Counted from the stretch's first letter, positions 1 through 8,386 are shown. The stretch: 64,000 nucleotides of DNA from Candidatus Saccharimonadota bacterium (GCA_016700315.1 CP065013.1:257449-321448), one strand, 5' to 3'. A program made the numbers and translations. Notes: generated by a model not told the origin, from the letters alone.

Positions 1-113
1 AACTTGCTAGACCCTGGACCATAGTCCGTAGGAGGTACGGAGTAAGCAGTACGGGGTACGAGGTGATAATTGCTCGTCCCTAGACCCTAATCCGTAGTCC
101 CTAGCCCTAATCA

Positions 114-155
114 CTCTAACCTCTAACCTCTAACCTCTAACCTCTAACCTCTAAC
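114..155. repeat. Perfect tandem heptamer array (CTCTAAC)x6, embedded in a longer 7-nt-periodic tract spanning 8-160
   Basis: Read directly. Six contiguous identical 7-nt units. Flanking sequence is also in 7-nt register (CCCTAGA CCCTAAT CCGTAGT CCCTAGC CCTAATC). Confidence 0.95.
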
Positions 156-228
156 CTAATTTTGTCTCTTCTATCAACTATAAACCCCCTCTGGCGCTTT
201 TGCGTCTACCCCTGTAGAATATCTACAA

Positions 229-303
229 GACCCCGTAGTTCAACGGATAGAATAACTCCGTCCTAAGGAGCAGATATTGGTTCGATTCCAGTCGGGGTTA
301 CCA
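229..303 (+). tRNA. tRNA-Arg (anticodon CCU), CCA encoded
   Basis: Cloverleaf folded by hand. Acceptor GACCCCG/CGGGGUU, D arm GUUC-AACGGAUA-GAAU, anticodon loop GU-CCU-AA, T arm AUUGG-UUCGAUU-CCAGU, discriminator A followed by CCA. Confidence 0.85.
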
Positions 304-383
304 AAGCTCTAAATATTTGACAAAAGTCTTGTCCTTTTCGTATTCGAATCAAGACCCAAAAATTTTGGTATTAGGATAATCGA

Positions 384-1484
384 GTGAAATTCCCAAAAAT
401 TATCGAACTTGAAAGGTTACTAAACAACTCAAACGCTAACTTAGATCAGGTTGTTTTGTTAGCGTGTCAGCACCTACTTGCTAGCAATGGCTCAGTCTTT
501 GAGGCATTAAATAAACATGGCTTGCAGTACCCTAATATGTTTATTATCGGCAAATGCTACTCGGCTAACGCTGATGTTTGCGAAGAACTCAAAAAACGAG
601 GGGCAAAAGTTTTAATACCAAAGAAACCAGATATACCACTTTCTTTTGACTACCGAAAGTCTTTGGCAAACGCAGCATCTCGTATGCTTGCAGAAATTAT
701 AAAACATACCTTAGTAGGTAAGAAACTTTCCACATTACTGATAGTCGATGATGGTGGCGAGATCATTACCAAAGCCAACGATATTTTAGATTTTCGGCTC
801 AAAATAGTAGCAGTCGAACAGACTAGAAGCGGGATCGATAGATTACGTTCGTTAATTTGTAGGTTTCCTGTGATTAATGTTGCTGAATCAGAAGAAAAAC
901 TTACAAAAGAAAGCCCCATAATAGCTCAGTCAATATTGGACCACATCAACGCAGCGGCCGTTATACCACCCCTAGAAAAGAGTAACGTTCTTATATTGGG
1001 CGCAGGATCAATCGGTAGCGCTGTATATAATCTAGTGCAAGAAGTCGCAAAAAGTGTGGAATCCTATGACACATTACACACAGGAACGATAAACGATAAG
1101 GAACTAGAAGAAACTCTACCCATAACTAACATAATTATTGGGACTACCGGGGCTAACTGTTTAAATCAACGGATAATAAATAACCTTAAGGAAGGGGCTG
1201 TTTTAATAAGTGCATCCTCTTCAAATACCGAGTTTATTCACGAAAGCTTTTTCGTTAATCCAACTGAAAAAATCTCAAAATTAGGCGGGGTACGTCAAAA
1301 TACAACACTCAGAAATAATTATGGCAATAAAGTAACTTTGATTAATGAAGGTTTTCCCATAAATTTTGATGGCTCTAAAGATCCAATATCTGTGAATAAA
1401 ATTAAACTCACTCGAATACTAATTACTAGAGGGATATTACAAGCCCTCAATGAACAAGCCAATGAAATTCGTACACTAAAATAG
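384..1484 (+). CDS. Divergent S-adenosylhomocysteine-hydrolase-fold NAD-binding protein (function unknown)
   Basis: GTG start. Rossmann motif LGAGSIGS. The motif order IVDDGGE / VEQTRSG / PVINVAESEEK / LGAGSIG / IIGTTGA parallels DDGGD / EETTTG / PAINVNDS / GYGDVGKG / TTTGN of AdoHcy hydrolase, but key residues differ and the protein is shorter. Confidence 0.55.
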   Translation: MKFPKIIELERLLNNSNANLDQVVLLACQHLLASNGSVFEALNKHGLQYPNMFIIGKCYSANADVCEELKKRGAKVLIPKKPDIPLSFDYRKSLANAASRMLAEIIKHTLVGKKLSTLLIVDDGGEIITKANDILDFRLKIVAVEQTRSGIDRLRSLICRFPVINVAESEEKLTKESPIIAQSILDHINAAAVIPPLEKSNVLILGAGSIGSAVYNLVQEVAKSVESYDTLHTGTINDKELEETLPITNIIIGTTGANCLNQRIINNLKEGAVLISASSSNTEFIHESFFVNPTEKISKLGGVRQNTTLRNNYGNKVTLINEGFPINFDGSKDPISVNKIKLTRILITRGILQALNEQANEIRTLK

Positions 1485-1485
1485 G

Positions 1486-1998
1486 CTACTTTTTCTTTTT
1501 TCGGGCTTGAGTATAGACTTCGTAAACCGTTTCATAATCAAACAGTTCACTTTCTGAAAACCAATGATCAATTTCCTGCTCAGCTTCTTTTGGATCACCT
1601 GAAGCATGAATTAGGTTAGGTATACCAATTCCCTCGCCATTGGCGTACTCAAAGCCCATGTGAGCGTAGTCGCCTCTGATAGTACCTGGTACTGCCTCTT
1701 TTGGAGCAGTAGTGCCAACCATTTTGCGTACCAAACTAACTGCATCAACCCCTTCGAGCACGACAGCAATCACAGGACCAAGGTTCATGAAATCTAGCGT
1801 TACATCGAAAGCCTCCTTGCCGCGTCTAGAAACCATTTGGCCGATGTTTTCATAATGATGATAATAATGATCATAATCAGGTTTTACCATCTTGGTACCA
1901 ACAATTTTCAAACCCACTCGCTCAAATCGAGTCAAAATCTCTCCGATAATTCCTCTTTGAACTGCATCTGGCTTTAGTACAATAAGCGTTCGTTCCAT
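1486..1998 (-). CDS. ndk: Nucleoside diphosphate kinase
   Basis: MERTLIVLKPDAVQRGIIGEI N-terminus and NLIHASGD active-site region are typical of NDK. Confidence 0.93.
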   Translation of the reverse strand: MERTLIVLKPDAVQRGIIGEILTRFERVGLKIVGTKMVKPDYDHYYHHYENIGQMVSRRGKEAFDVTLDFMNLGPVIAVVLEGVDAVSLVRKMVGTTAPKEAVPGTIRGDYAHMGFEYANGEGIGIPNLIHASGDPKEAEQEIDHWFSESELFDYETVYEVYTQARKKKK

Positions 1999-2076
1999 CT
2001 TATCCTTTCAATATGTATAACTTTCTTACTCAATTATACCAAAACCCCCGCTAAATCCCCTCATACCCTCATATGT

Positions 2077-2112
2077 ACGACATAAAAACCACGATCGTGG
2101 TTTTTATGTCGT
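2077..2112. repeat. 36-bp perfect palindrome ACGACATAAAAACCACGA|TCGTGGTTTTTATGTCGT (copy 1 of a 5-copy hairpin element), preceded by a C-rich tract and followed by a T run
   Basis: Read directly. The two 18-nt arms are exact reverse complements. Related copies lie at 20564-20599, 20786-20803, 23776-23814 and 24475-24514. Confidence 0.9.
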
Positions 2113-2175
2113 TTTTTTCAATCATAAGTACAGAAGGCATGTACTAGTTGCCGGCTTCCCTGATACTATACACTT

Positions 2176-3102
2176 ATGCTTTTTAGTAAACTAAAAACCG
2201 ACTTTCTGGAATATCTCGAGATTGAGCAGGGACGCTCACAAGCCACAATCAAAAACTACGACTTTTACTTGTCTAGGCTGATTGACTTTGAAGGTGATTT
2301 TGAGATAGAGCTGCTGGACGGCGAAATGGTAAGAAAGTGGCGGCTATGGCTAAACCGACTCGGTACTGCCACCAGTGACGAGCTGCAAAAAAACACTCAG
2401 AATTACCATCTGATAGCTCTAAGGGGATTTCTAAAATTCTGCGCCAAGCGTGACATAAAAGCTTTACCACCAGAGAAGATTGAGCTAGCAAAAGCCAAAC
2501 CAAAGCAGGTGACTTTTCTGAACGAAGAAGAACTGGAAAGACTTTTCAACATCCCAAAGCTAGACACCAAATCGGGCCTTCGTGACCGAGCTATCCTCGA
2601 GCTTCTTTACTCTAGCGGCTTGCGTGTTTCAGAGCTCACTGGGCTCAACCGCGACCACATCAACCTCAAGCGGCGCGAGTTTATGGTACGCGGCAAAGGG
2701 CAAAAGGACCGACCAATATTTATCAGCGAATCAGCCTCGTGGTGGCTTCAGAAGTACCTCGATAAGCGCGACGACAATGCACCTGCTCTTTTTATCCAGT
2801 ACAGCGGTAAATCAAGCAGTACAGACAACAGCGGCAGTTACCGCCGCCTCACTCCGCGCAGTGTCCAGCGCATGGTAAGCAAATCTGCCCTGCTCGCTGG
2901 CATAACAAAACACGTAAGTCCTCATACTCTCAGACATAGCTTTGCGACCGACATTCTAATGAACGGCGGCGACTTGCGTTCTGTCCAGGCCCTACTCGGC
3001 CACAGCAACATCTCTACCACCCAGATCTACACTCACGTCACTGATCCACACCTAAAAGCTGTCCACGACAAGTTCCACAAGGATATTAAGAGTAGCACTT
3101 GA
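2176..3102 (+). CDS. Tyrosine site-specific recombinase, XerC/XerD family
   Basis: C-terminal catalytic region HTLRHSFATDILMNGGDLRSVQALLGHSNISTTQIYTHV (R..HxxR..Y) and an N-terminal SAM-like domain. Confidence 0.9.
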   Translation: MLFSKLKTDFLEYLEIEQGRSQATIKNYDFYLSRLIDFEGDFEIELLDGEMVRKWRLWLNRLGTATSDELQKNTQNYHLIALRGFLKFCAKRDIKALPPEKIELAKAKPKQVTFLNEEELERLFNIPKLDTKSGLRDRAILELLYSSGLRVSELTGLNRDHINLKRREFMVRGKGQKDRPIFISESASWWLQKYLDKRDDNAPALFIQYSGKSSSTDNSGSYRRLTPRSVQRMVSKSALLAGITKHVSPHTLRHSFATDILMNGGDLRSVQALLGHSNISTTQIYTHVTDPHLKAVHDKFHKDIKSST

Positions 3103-3232
3103 TACGGCACCACTGATTACCGATTAGCGATAGAGATCCATACGTACTCCGTGCCCTTTACTGTTTGGCTAAAGACACGAGTCATGAGTTGTGAGTTTTG
3201 TGTTTTTTAGTTTTTGTATTTTTTCAAGTTTG

Positions 3233-3260
3233 TTTAGAATTTAGAGTTTAGGATTTAGAA
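3233..3260. repeat. Heptamer array TTTAGAA TTTAGAG TTTAGGA TTTAGAA within a 7-nt-periodic tract (about 3186-3297)
   Basis: Read directly. A near-identical array occurs inside the mutM coding region at 49454-49481. Confidence 0.9.
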
Positions 3261-3320
3261 TTTTACGCTTACTACCAACTACTTGCTACTATTTGTGGAT
3301 TAATACTTTATATATGACAC

Positions 3321-4340
3321 TTAATTACACCCGTTCTCAACCGTTGTTCCAGTAACGGTGTATAATTTGCAGATTTCATCCTTACTTTGCAGGCTGGCTT
3401 CGGGTTTAAGCGCCTGACTTTCAAAAGGCAAACGAACCTGAACACGCCGCAGTACATCGTTGGCACGACCAGTTGAGTCAACGACTACCTGAGCGTTAGC
3501 AAACGAAACTACATTCGTACCGGACTTACCGGCAACTTCTACGTTTGCCGAACTATATATGGATTTAATACGCGCATAGTAATTCATTGCAGGAAACCCG
3601 TTGACCGTAACCGAACAAGTATAGCCACCACTTTTGTCACAAAAAACCGCTTGGATATTCCCGCGTCGAGAACCACTGGCATCACCTGCTCTAAAGTTAG
3701 TATAGTTTACGGTTGTGACTGAAGCGCTACTATCTCCGCAAGGGTAAAAAAGAAATGTAGCTGTATTTTGATCTAGGAATTCTCGGTTCAGATTACCAGT
3801 TGCAGCATTCGGGAAAGGTATCAAATCAACTTCCAGCATTGCTACTCTGTCATCTCCCCACTGATTGAGAGCTGGAATCCGTCGTACATCGCAATCAGCA
3901 CCAGCGTTAACTCTAGCAGGATTGTTGTCGCTCCACCTAAAGTTCAGCTCTGTCGCCAAAGGATTGGTAAAAACTGGCACTACCCTAGCTCGGTCAGTTT
4001 TGATAAAGCCGTTATTGAACTTTAATTCTGTCGGCGTTGGATCAATCATGAGGCAAGTAAACCTCACTTCCGGTGTAGCAGAATCAATTGTCCCGTTATT
4101 ATATGTACTAACATCGCAATCATTCTTCTCAGCCAATACTCCGCCTCGCATCTTAGCAGCGGCGGCATTCACACCTGACTCAGCTGCGTAAAAAGCCTGC
4201 GTCGACAGCTGGTCATCAAGTGCTTGGCGCTGTTCACGACTAACCAAGCGCGCAAATCCTAACGTAATTAAAGAAAGGATCACCATTATCATGGCAGTAA
4301 CCATGATTGCAACCATTCCCGAGCGATTTTTTGTTGTCAT
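3321..4340 (-). CDS. PilX-like pilus assembly protein / large minor pseudopilin
   Basis: N-terminal hydrophobic helix MVAIMVTAMIMVILSLITLGFARLV followed by QAFYAAESG, as in the PilX N-terminal domain. It is the last gene of the minor-pilin block, and its start overlaps the upstream stop. Confidence 0.6.
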   Translation of the reverse strand: MTTKNRSGMVAIMVTAMIMVILSLITLGFARLVSREQRQALDDQLSTQAFYAAESGVNAAAAKMRGGVLAEKNDCDVSTYNNGTIDSATPEVRFTCLMIDPTPTELKFNNGFIKTDRARVVPVFTNPLATELNFRWSDNNPARVNAGADCDVRRIPALNQWGDDRVAMLEVDLIPFPNAATGNLNREFLDQNTATFLFYPCGDSSASVTTVNYTNFRAGDASGSRRGNIQAVFCDKSGGYTCSVTVNGFPAMNYYARIKSIYSSANVEVAGKSGTNVVSFANAQVVVDSTGRANDVLRRVQVRLPFESQALKPEASLQSKDEICKLYTVTGTTVENGCN

Positions 4341-4999
4341 TACTCGTTCCCCATTCTTCTAATAACTGTTGTAGATATTTCTGAAAAGCCGCAAAATTCT
4401 TTACCAACATCACTTCTGCAAACGGTGCGGCCATTCTCCTCAACCAGTAAATCACTACTACCAAACACCACGGTTACCGATACTCTCCAAATTCTTTGGT
4501 CGCCGCCAACAGGCTCTACGATTAATCTTGAAAGCCTCATATTCTCTGAAAGCAGCGAAGCGCTTGGCGCTGTAACATCTACGCCAAGATTAGCTTTCGG
4601 AGTAGTGCTGCTGCAAGGAGCAGCTAGCTGATCTCGTATAACAGCATTTTTTATCTGTTTGTCTGCCGCATTTACAGATGGGTTAGTAGCAATCTGTCTA
4701 TCAATTGCATAGGTATAGCGTTTTAAGCCAACACACATTATTCCGGATGGGTCAGCGGAAGGATCAACCATTGGCCCGGCCGGGCCAGTCGATGCCATTA
4801 TTGAGTCAGCGCTTAGCTGAATACCTTGACTAATCTCATTAACAATCTGCCTTGTTGCGTTCTGAACTTTTGTTAACGTAACCCCTTTGTAATAACTACG
4901 GCTGATTGACATCAGCGCTGTTAGACACAGTAGTAGCACCAGAGAAAACACCATTGTCGCAACCATCAATTCAATTATTGTGAAACCTCGCCTTTTCAT
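4340..4999 (-). CDS. Minor pilin with prepilin-type N-terminal cleavage/methylation motif
   Basis: MKRRG|FTIIELMVATMVFSLVLL gives Gly-1, Phe+1 and Glu+5. Confidence 0.8.
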   Translation of the reverse strand: MKRRGFTIIELMVATMVFSLVLLLCLTALMSISRSYYKGVTLTKVQNATRQIVNEISQGIQLSADSIMASTGPAGPMVDPSADPSGIMCVGLKRYTYAIDRQIATNPSVNAADKQIKNAVIRDQLAAPCSSTTPKANLGVDVTAPSASLLSENMRLSRLIVEPVGGDQRIWRVSVTVVFGSSDLLVEENGRTVCRSDVGKEFCGFSEISTTVIRRMGNE

Positions 5000-5418
5000 C
5001 TGTCATACCTGTAAACTATCTTGAGTTCATTTGGGTTACCAGCATTTTTGCCTAAGGCCAGCCAGTCAATTTTGACTGTGAAAAAGTCCGAGTTATCAGC
5101 ACCAACACCTTTTGAAACGGCAATATTATAAAAATCTTTTTTGCAAGCAGTATTAGACGAAGGCAAAATCGCCAGATTATCCAAACAAAAATCGGAGGTC
5201 TGTGAATAGAGCGTTGTTTTGGCCGTACTATCTAGCGCCCGGATCTGCTCAATCTGAGATTCGGCGTATTTTAGCGCCTCTGTGCGCTCTTGAGTTGTTC
5301 GACTAACTCCTAGACTCCGACTAACCATTGTGTAGGACGCGCCTAGCACCATTCCAATAATCGCCATGGAAACCAGGACTTCTATTATCGTGTCGCCTGT
5401 TCTGCTGCCTAGCCGCAT
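4996..5418 (-). CDS. Minor pilin (PilV-like), prepilin-type N-terminus
   Basis: SRTG|DTIIEVLVSMAIIGMVLG has Glu+5 and a hydrophobic helix. The gene overlaps its neighbours by 4 and 10 nt. Confidence 0.7.
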   Translation of the reverse strand: MRLGSRTGDTIIEVLVSMAIIGMVLGASYTMVSRSLGVSRTTQERTEALKYAESQIEQIRALDSTAKTTLYSQTSDFCLDNLAILPSSNTACKKDFYNIAVSKGVGADNSDFFTVKIDWLALGKNAGNPNELKIVYRYDR

Positions 5419-6233
5419 AGTCCTCCTTCGGGAAAATCAAGCTCGCTGCGAATGTTAGTTGGATCGCCTCTCTCTCCAATAACAATCCTAGCTAATCGGC
5501 CATCGTAACTAAGGCAGACCGAAACCCCGCCGGCTGGTTGTTCAATTGTGAGTTTATTCAAGCCTTCAATCTCTTGAGCATAATTGTCGACCGACTGGTT
5601 AAAACCAATTGTCGATGCATACAAAACAGTTTGCATCAAACCATTTTTTTGTGATGCAGCCGAGGCATCAAAGCCAGCCGCAACTGCCAACATACCATAC
5701 TCTTTAGATGGACTAGCATTATTGAAAATTTTTGTGACCCTTATACCAAACTTCAGTGGTTTATTTTCGTTAAGGTTTAGCCCAACTCCAGGGGTTGGAT
5801 CATAGGCCAACCTCGGTTTCATATCTATTACAGATGGTAGCGCTGCTTGTGAAAAGGGAGGTTTGACGCCAACCAAAGTACCCAACAAATATTGGCTCGG
5901 TTCAACACCATCAACATTAAACATCAGCACCTTCCCAACGGATGCACAACTATCGCTGCTGCCCTGTTCTTTACTCCCAGCCACAAACGCCACTCTCTCA
6001 AGTGCTCCGCTGCCTGACTTTGTACAGATTATATTGTTTTGCTTAGGGAAGAAACCAGAAGCAACGTCGTTAACAGCATCAGAAAACTGGTTCTCGGTCT
6101 CTCTAACGGCTTGCGAGTACTGCACTTGTTTCTGCCTTCCACCAATTGCAATGACCGCATATATAAACATTACGCTAGATACAGCCAAAAAAATCATGAC
6201 CTCTAGTATCGTGTATCCCCCACGCCTTTTCAT
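5409..6233 (-). CDS. Minor pilin, prepilin-type N-terminus (start moved to internal ATG)
   Basis: MKRRGG|YTILEVMIFLAVSSVMF begins at Met66 of the tracked ORF (ATG at 6231-6233). The upstream 65 codons run through a heptamer-repeat spacer and are unlikely to be coding. Confidence 0.75.
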   Translation of the reverse strand: MKRRGGYTILEVMIFLAVSSVMFIYAVIAIGGRQKQVQYSQAVRETENQFSDAVNDVASGFFPKQNNIICTKSGSGALERVAFVAGSKEQGSSDSCASVGKVLMFNVDGVEPSQYLLGTLVGVKPPFSQAALPSVIDMKPRLAYDPTPGVGLNLNENKPLKFGIRVTKIFNNASPSKEYGMLAVAAGFDASAASQKNGLMQTVLYASTIGFNQSVDNYAQEIEGLNKLTIEQPAGGVSVCLSYDGRLARIVIGERGDPTNIRSELDFPEGGLCG

Positions 6234-6393
6234 CTTGTTTAAAGTATAGCATAAGCGTAAAAAGTCTACATCAGAGAGAATTAGTGTACTAAAAGGCTGT
6301 ACCACATTACTCAGTACAGCGAAACTAGCGGCTTCGTTACCCCGTACCCCGTACCTTGTACAGCACTTACTCGGTAGCTCGCCTAACCAACCC

Positions 6394-7206
6394 CTAGCTC
6401 CCAAAAACCAGCCGGCTATACCAGTCAACCAGCCGGTTACCCGCCAGCTGCACCACGATAGCAGATATTATCAACAGCGGCCCGTAGGGTATTTTTTTAC
6501 TCAAGCCCCATTTCTTATTAATAAGAAGAGGCAGTGACACTAAGGTGCCGATTATCGATGACAAGAAAACCAGTATAAACGCCGCTAGCGGACTACCAAC
6601 CAAAAGTCCGAGACCAAAACCTAGGATACTGTCGCCGTCGCCGATCCAGCGCCCTTTACTAGCCTTATACAGCAACCAGAAAAAGCCACCACATAAAATA
6701 CCGCCCAACAATGCAGAAAAAAGCCCCGTTACACTGAACATATGGCCCGCCCACAACTGTGCCGCAGCCTCTAGACCAGCAAAAATGATAAGCGCCCTCA
6801 TAAACCGCTCTGGTAACAAGCACCACGTCAGATCATACCAAAACAAAGCAGCCAGCAGTGGCAAAATAACTACTAACCACAATCCAAAATGCAACCAGGC
6901 GGCTATTCCTACTAATGGCAGCGGCCAAAACAGATATGAGGCAAGCGCTACCATGCCAAGACCCAGCTCAGCCAAGAATAATCTAGGATCTAACTTATGC
7001 TTACAAAAACGGCAGCGACCACCCAAAGCCAACCAGCTAAGCACTGGCACCATATCTAGAGCTCCCAGTAGCTTATGGCAACGATCACAGCTACTTCTGC
7101 CCCTTACCCAATCTTTACCGGCATGCGTCCGCCAAGCCAAAACAAGGCTAAAGCTGCCCAAAGCAGCCCCAAGCATAAAAACTACAAACCCCTCAATCAT
7201 AAGCAC
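6394..7206 (-). CDS. pilD: Prepilin peptidase (A24 family)
   Basis: Zinc-binding CDRCHKLLGALDMVPVLSWLALGGRCRFCKHKL, a polytopic membrane profile and Asp-containing GDGD motif. Confidence 0.9.
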   Translation of the reverse strand: MLMIEGFVVFMLGAALGSFSLVLAWRTHAGKDWVRGRSSCDRCHKLLGALDMVPVLSWLALGGRCRFCKHKLDPRLFLAELGLGMVALASYLFWPLPLVGIAAWLHFGLWLVVILPLLAALFWYDLTWCLLPERFMRALIIFAGLEAAAQLWAGHMFSVTGLFSALLGGILCGGFFWLLYKASKGRWIGDGDSILGFGLGLLVGSPLAAFILVFLSSIIGTLVSLPLLINKKWGLSKKIPYGPLLIISAIVVQLAGNRLVDWYSRLVFGS

Positions 7207-7248
7207 TATTATACAGGGCTACCACCTCTACCAAAAGAACGGATAAAT

Positions 7249-7740
7249 TTATTTATTGTCTAAGCAAAGCACTGCGCCACCCTCTAGTGGTAGCATTAGA
7301 ACGTAATTCTTTGCTACAGCTCCAACGGCAGTTGAAGCTTCTTTATCGCAAATTCGACCAGTGACGTAGTAGATGGTTCCCACAGTGCTCACCGCATTAT
7401 CAGCCGTCCATGCAGCGGTAACCATATTTGAGCCAGTTGATGGGTCTTTGAGATTGACTCCGCTCAAGTAGCGAGAATGGAAACCACCACCTGTCAAAAT
7501 GCCCGTTGCCGCATTATTATCAGATGATGGGGGATTAGTCTGATTATTGCCAACAAAGGCATCTACCTCAACCTTGATACGGCCTGCTACGTTCTTCCTT
7601 GCAGTATTGCGCTGATTACGCTGCAACTGAGGAATTGCAACCAGAACAATCAGCATAATCAGCCCAGCTATCGCCAGCACGATCAATATCTCAATTATGG
7701 TAAAGGCTTTTTTTTCCTTCAAATCTACCTTTCCCGCCAA
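7249..7740 (-). CDS. Type IV pilin paralogue with Ala at the -1 cleavage position
   Basis: KEKKA|FTIIEILIVLAIAGLIMLIVLVAIPQLQRNQRNTARKN is highly similar at protein and DNA level to the neighbouring pilin. TTG start; an alternative TTG at 7722 has a GGAAAGG Shine-Dalgarno sequence. Confidence 0.85.
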   Translation of the reverse strand: MAGKVDLKEKKAFTIIEILIVLAIAGLIMLIVLVAIPQLQRNQRNTARKNVAGRIKVEVDAFVGNNQTNPPSSDNNAATGILTGGGFHSRYLSGVNLKDPSTGSNMVTAAWTADNAVSTVGTIYYVTGRICDKEASTAVGAVAKNYVLMLPLEGGAVLCLDNK

Positions 7741-7791
7741 GTGCGCTACATTAATCCTATGGAATCACCTAGCTAAAATTACGCTGCTCTT

Positions 7792-8289
7792 TTACTGATT
7801 ATCTAGACACTGGATGGCACCACCCTCAAGCTGTGTCCACATAGCGTATTGTCGTGCGGTTCCACCAGTCACAACAGACTCGCCGTTACAGGTACTTGAA
7901 GTCTGGTAGTTTATTCCACCAATTGCTGGAAGAGCAGCACCTGTAGGAATGCTTCCGGGAGAGGCACTACCGGCACCGGTTGTATACGTCAAGGACATAT
8001 TGGAGCCGCTTGATGGATCTTTCAGATTAACACCACTCAAATAACGTGTCGTTAGAGACGTCAGATCAGCCGCGCTGGCAGGGATATTACCGTTATTGTT
8101 CCCTGTGTATGAGTCAATTTCTGTTTTTATACGTCCTACTATGTTCTTTCTTGCTGTGTTTCTTTGGTTACGCTGCAACTGCGGTATGGCAATTAATACA
8201 ATCAGCATAATCAGACCAGCAATTGCTAGTACGATCATAACTTCGATGATTGTGAAGCCTTTTTTTAGTTGTTGTTTAGTGTGCCCCAT
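7792..8289 (-). CDS. pilA: Type IV major pilin candidate
   Basis: QQLKKG|FTIIEVMIVLAIAGLIMLIVLIAIPQLQRNQRNTARKN has canonical Gly-1/Phe+1/Glu+5. C-terminal Cys pair. Confidence 0.85.
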   Translation of the reverse strand: MGHTKQQLKKGFTIIEVMIVLAIAGLIMLIVLIAIPQLQRNQRNTARKNIVGRIKTEIDSYTGNNNGNIPASAADLTSLTTRYLSGVNLKDPSSGSNMSLTYTTGAGSASPGSIPTGAALPAIGGINYQTSSTCNGESVVTGGTARQYAMWTQLEGGAIQCLDNQ

Positions 8290-8386
8290 TAGATTTCCCC
8301 TTTATCTTAATAAGCTTATGTTAATTTATTGCGCTGTTCTTTGCAAGTATTCTTCAGTTTTACAGGTTGCGCTTACCAACCAAAAA

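Noticed and set aside
8-160. Possible CRISPR array or telomere-like repeat (CCCTAA words at about 84-110; CTCTAAC x6)
   Set aside because: The units are contiguous 7-mers with no spacers, so this is not CRISPR, and no cas genes are present. The CCCTAA words are isolated within a heptamer register, and the context is an ordinary bacterial tRNA/ndk neighbourhood, so this is not a chromosome end.
2077-2112. Palindrome next to the Xer recombinase as the chromosomal dif site
   Set aside because: The ACATAA and TTATGT words are 18 nt apart, versus a 6-8-nt central region in known dif sites. The arms are perfectly symmetric and the element is multi-copy (five in this window). A role as another kind of recombination site remains open and is listed as a finding.
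5409-6428. Long N-terminal extensions of tracked ORFs (5409-6428, 13014-13778, 28111-29238, 25707-26006, 51666-52427, 24589-25296)
   Set aside because: In each case an internal start gives a canonical N-terminus (prepilin motif, MSLSIGIVGLPNVGKS, RHH antitoxin, signal anchor) and removes overlap with the neighbour or read-through of repeat spacers.
6545-7246. 233-aa plus-strand ORF, and many similar antisense ORFs (for example 5863-6249, 14991-15476, 19521-20012, 45632-46048, 58762-59334, 41047-41382)
   Set aside because: Each lies antisense to a gene with strong family motifs (pilD, pilM, polA, pnp and others). Their translations are low-complexity (P/S/A/T-rich) with no motifs. They are shadow ORFs of the real genes.
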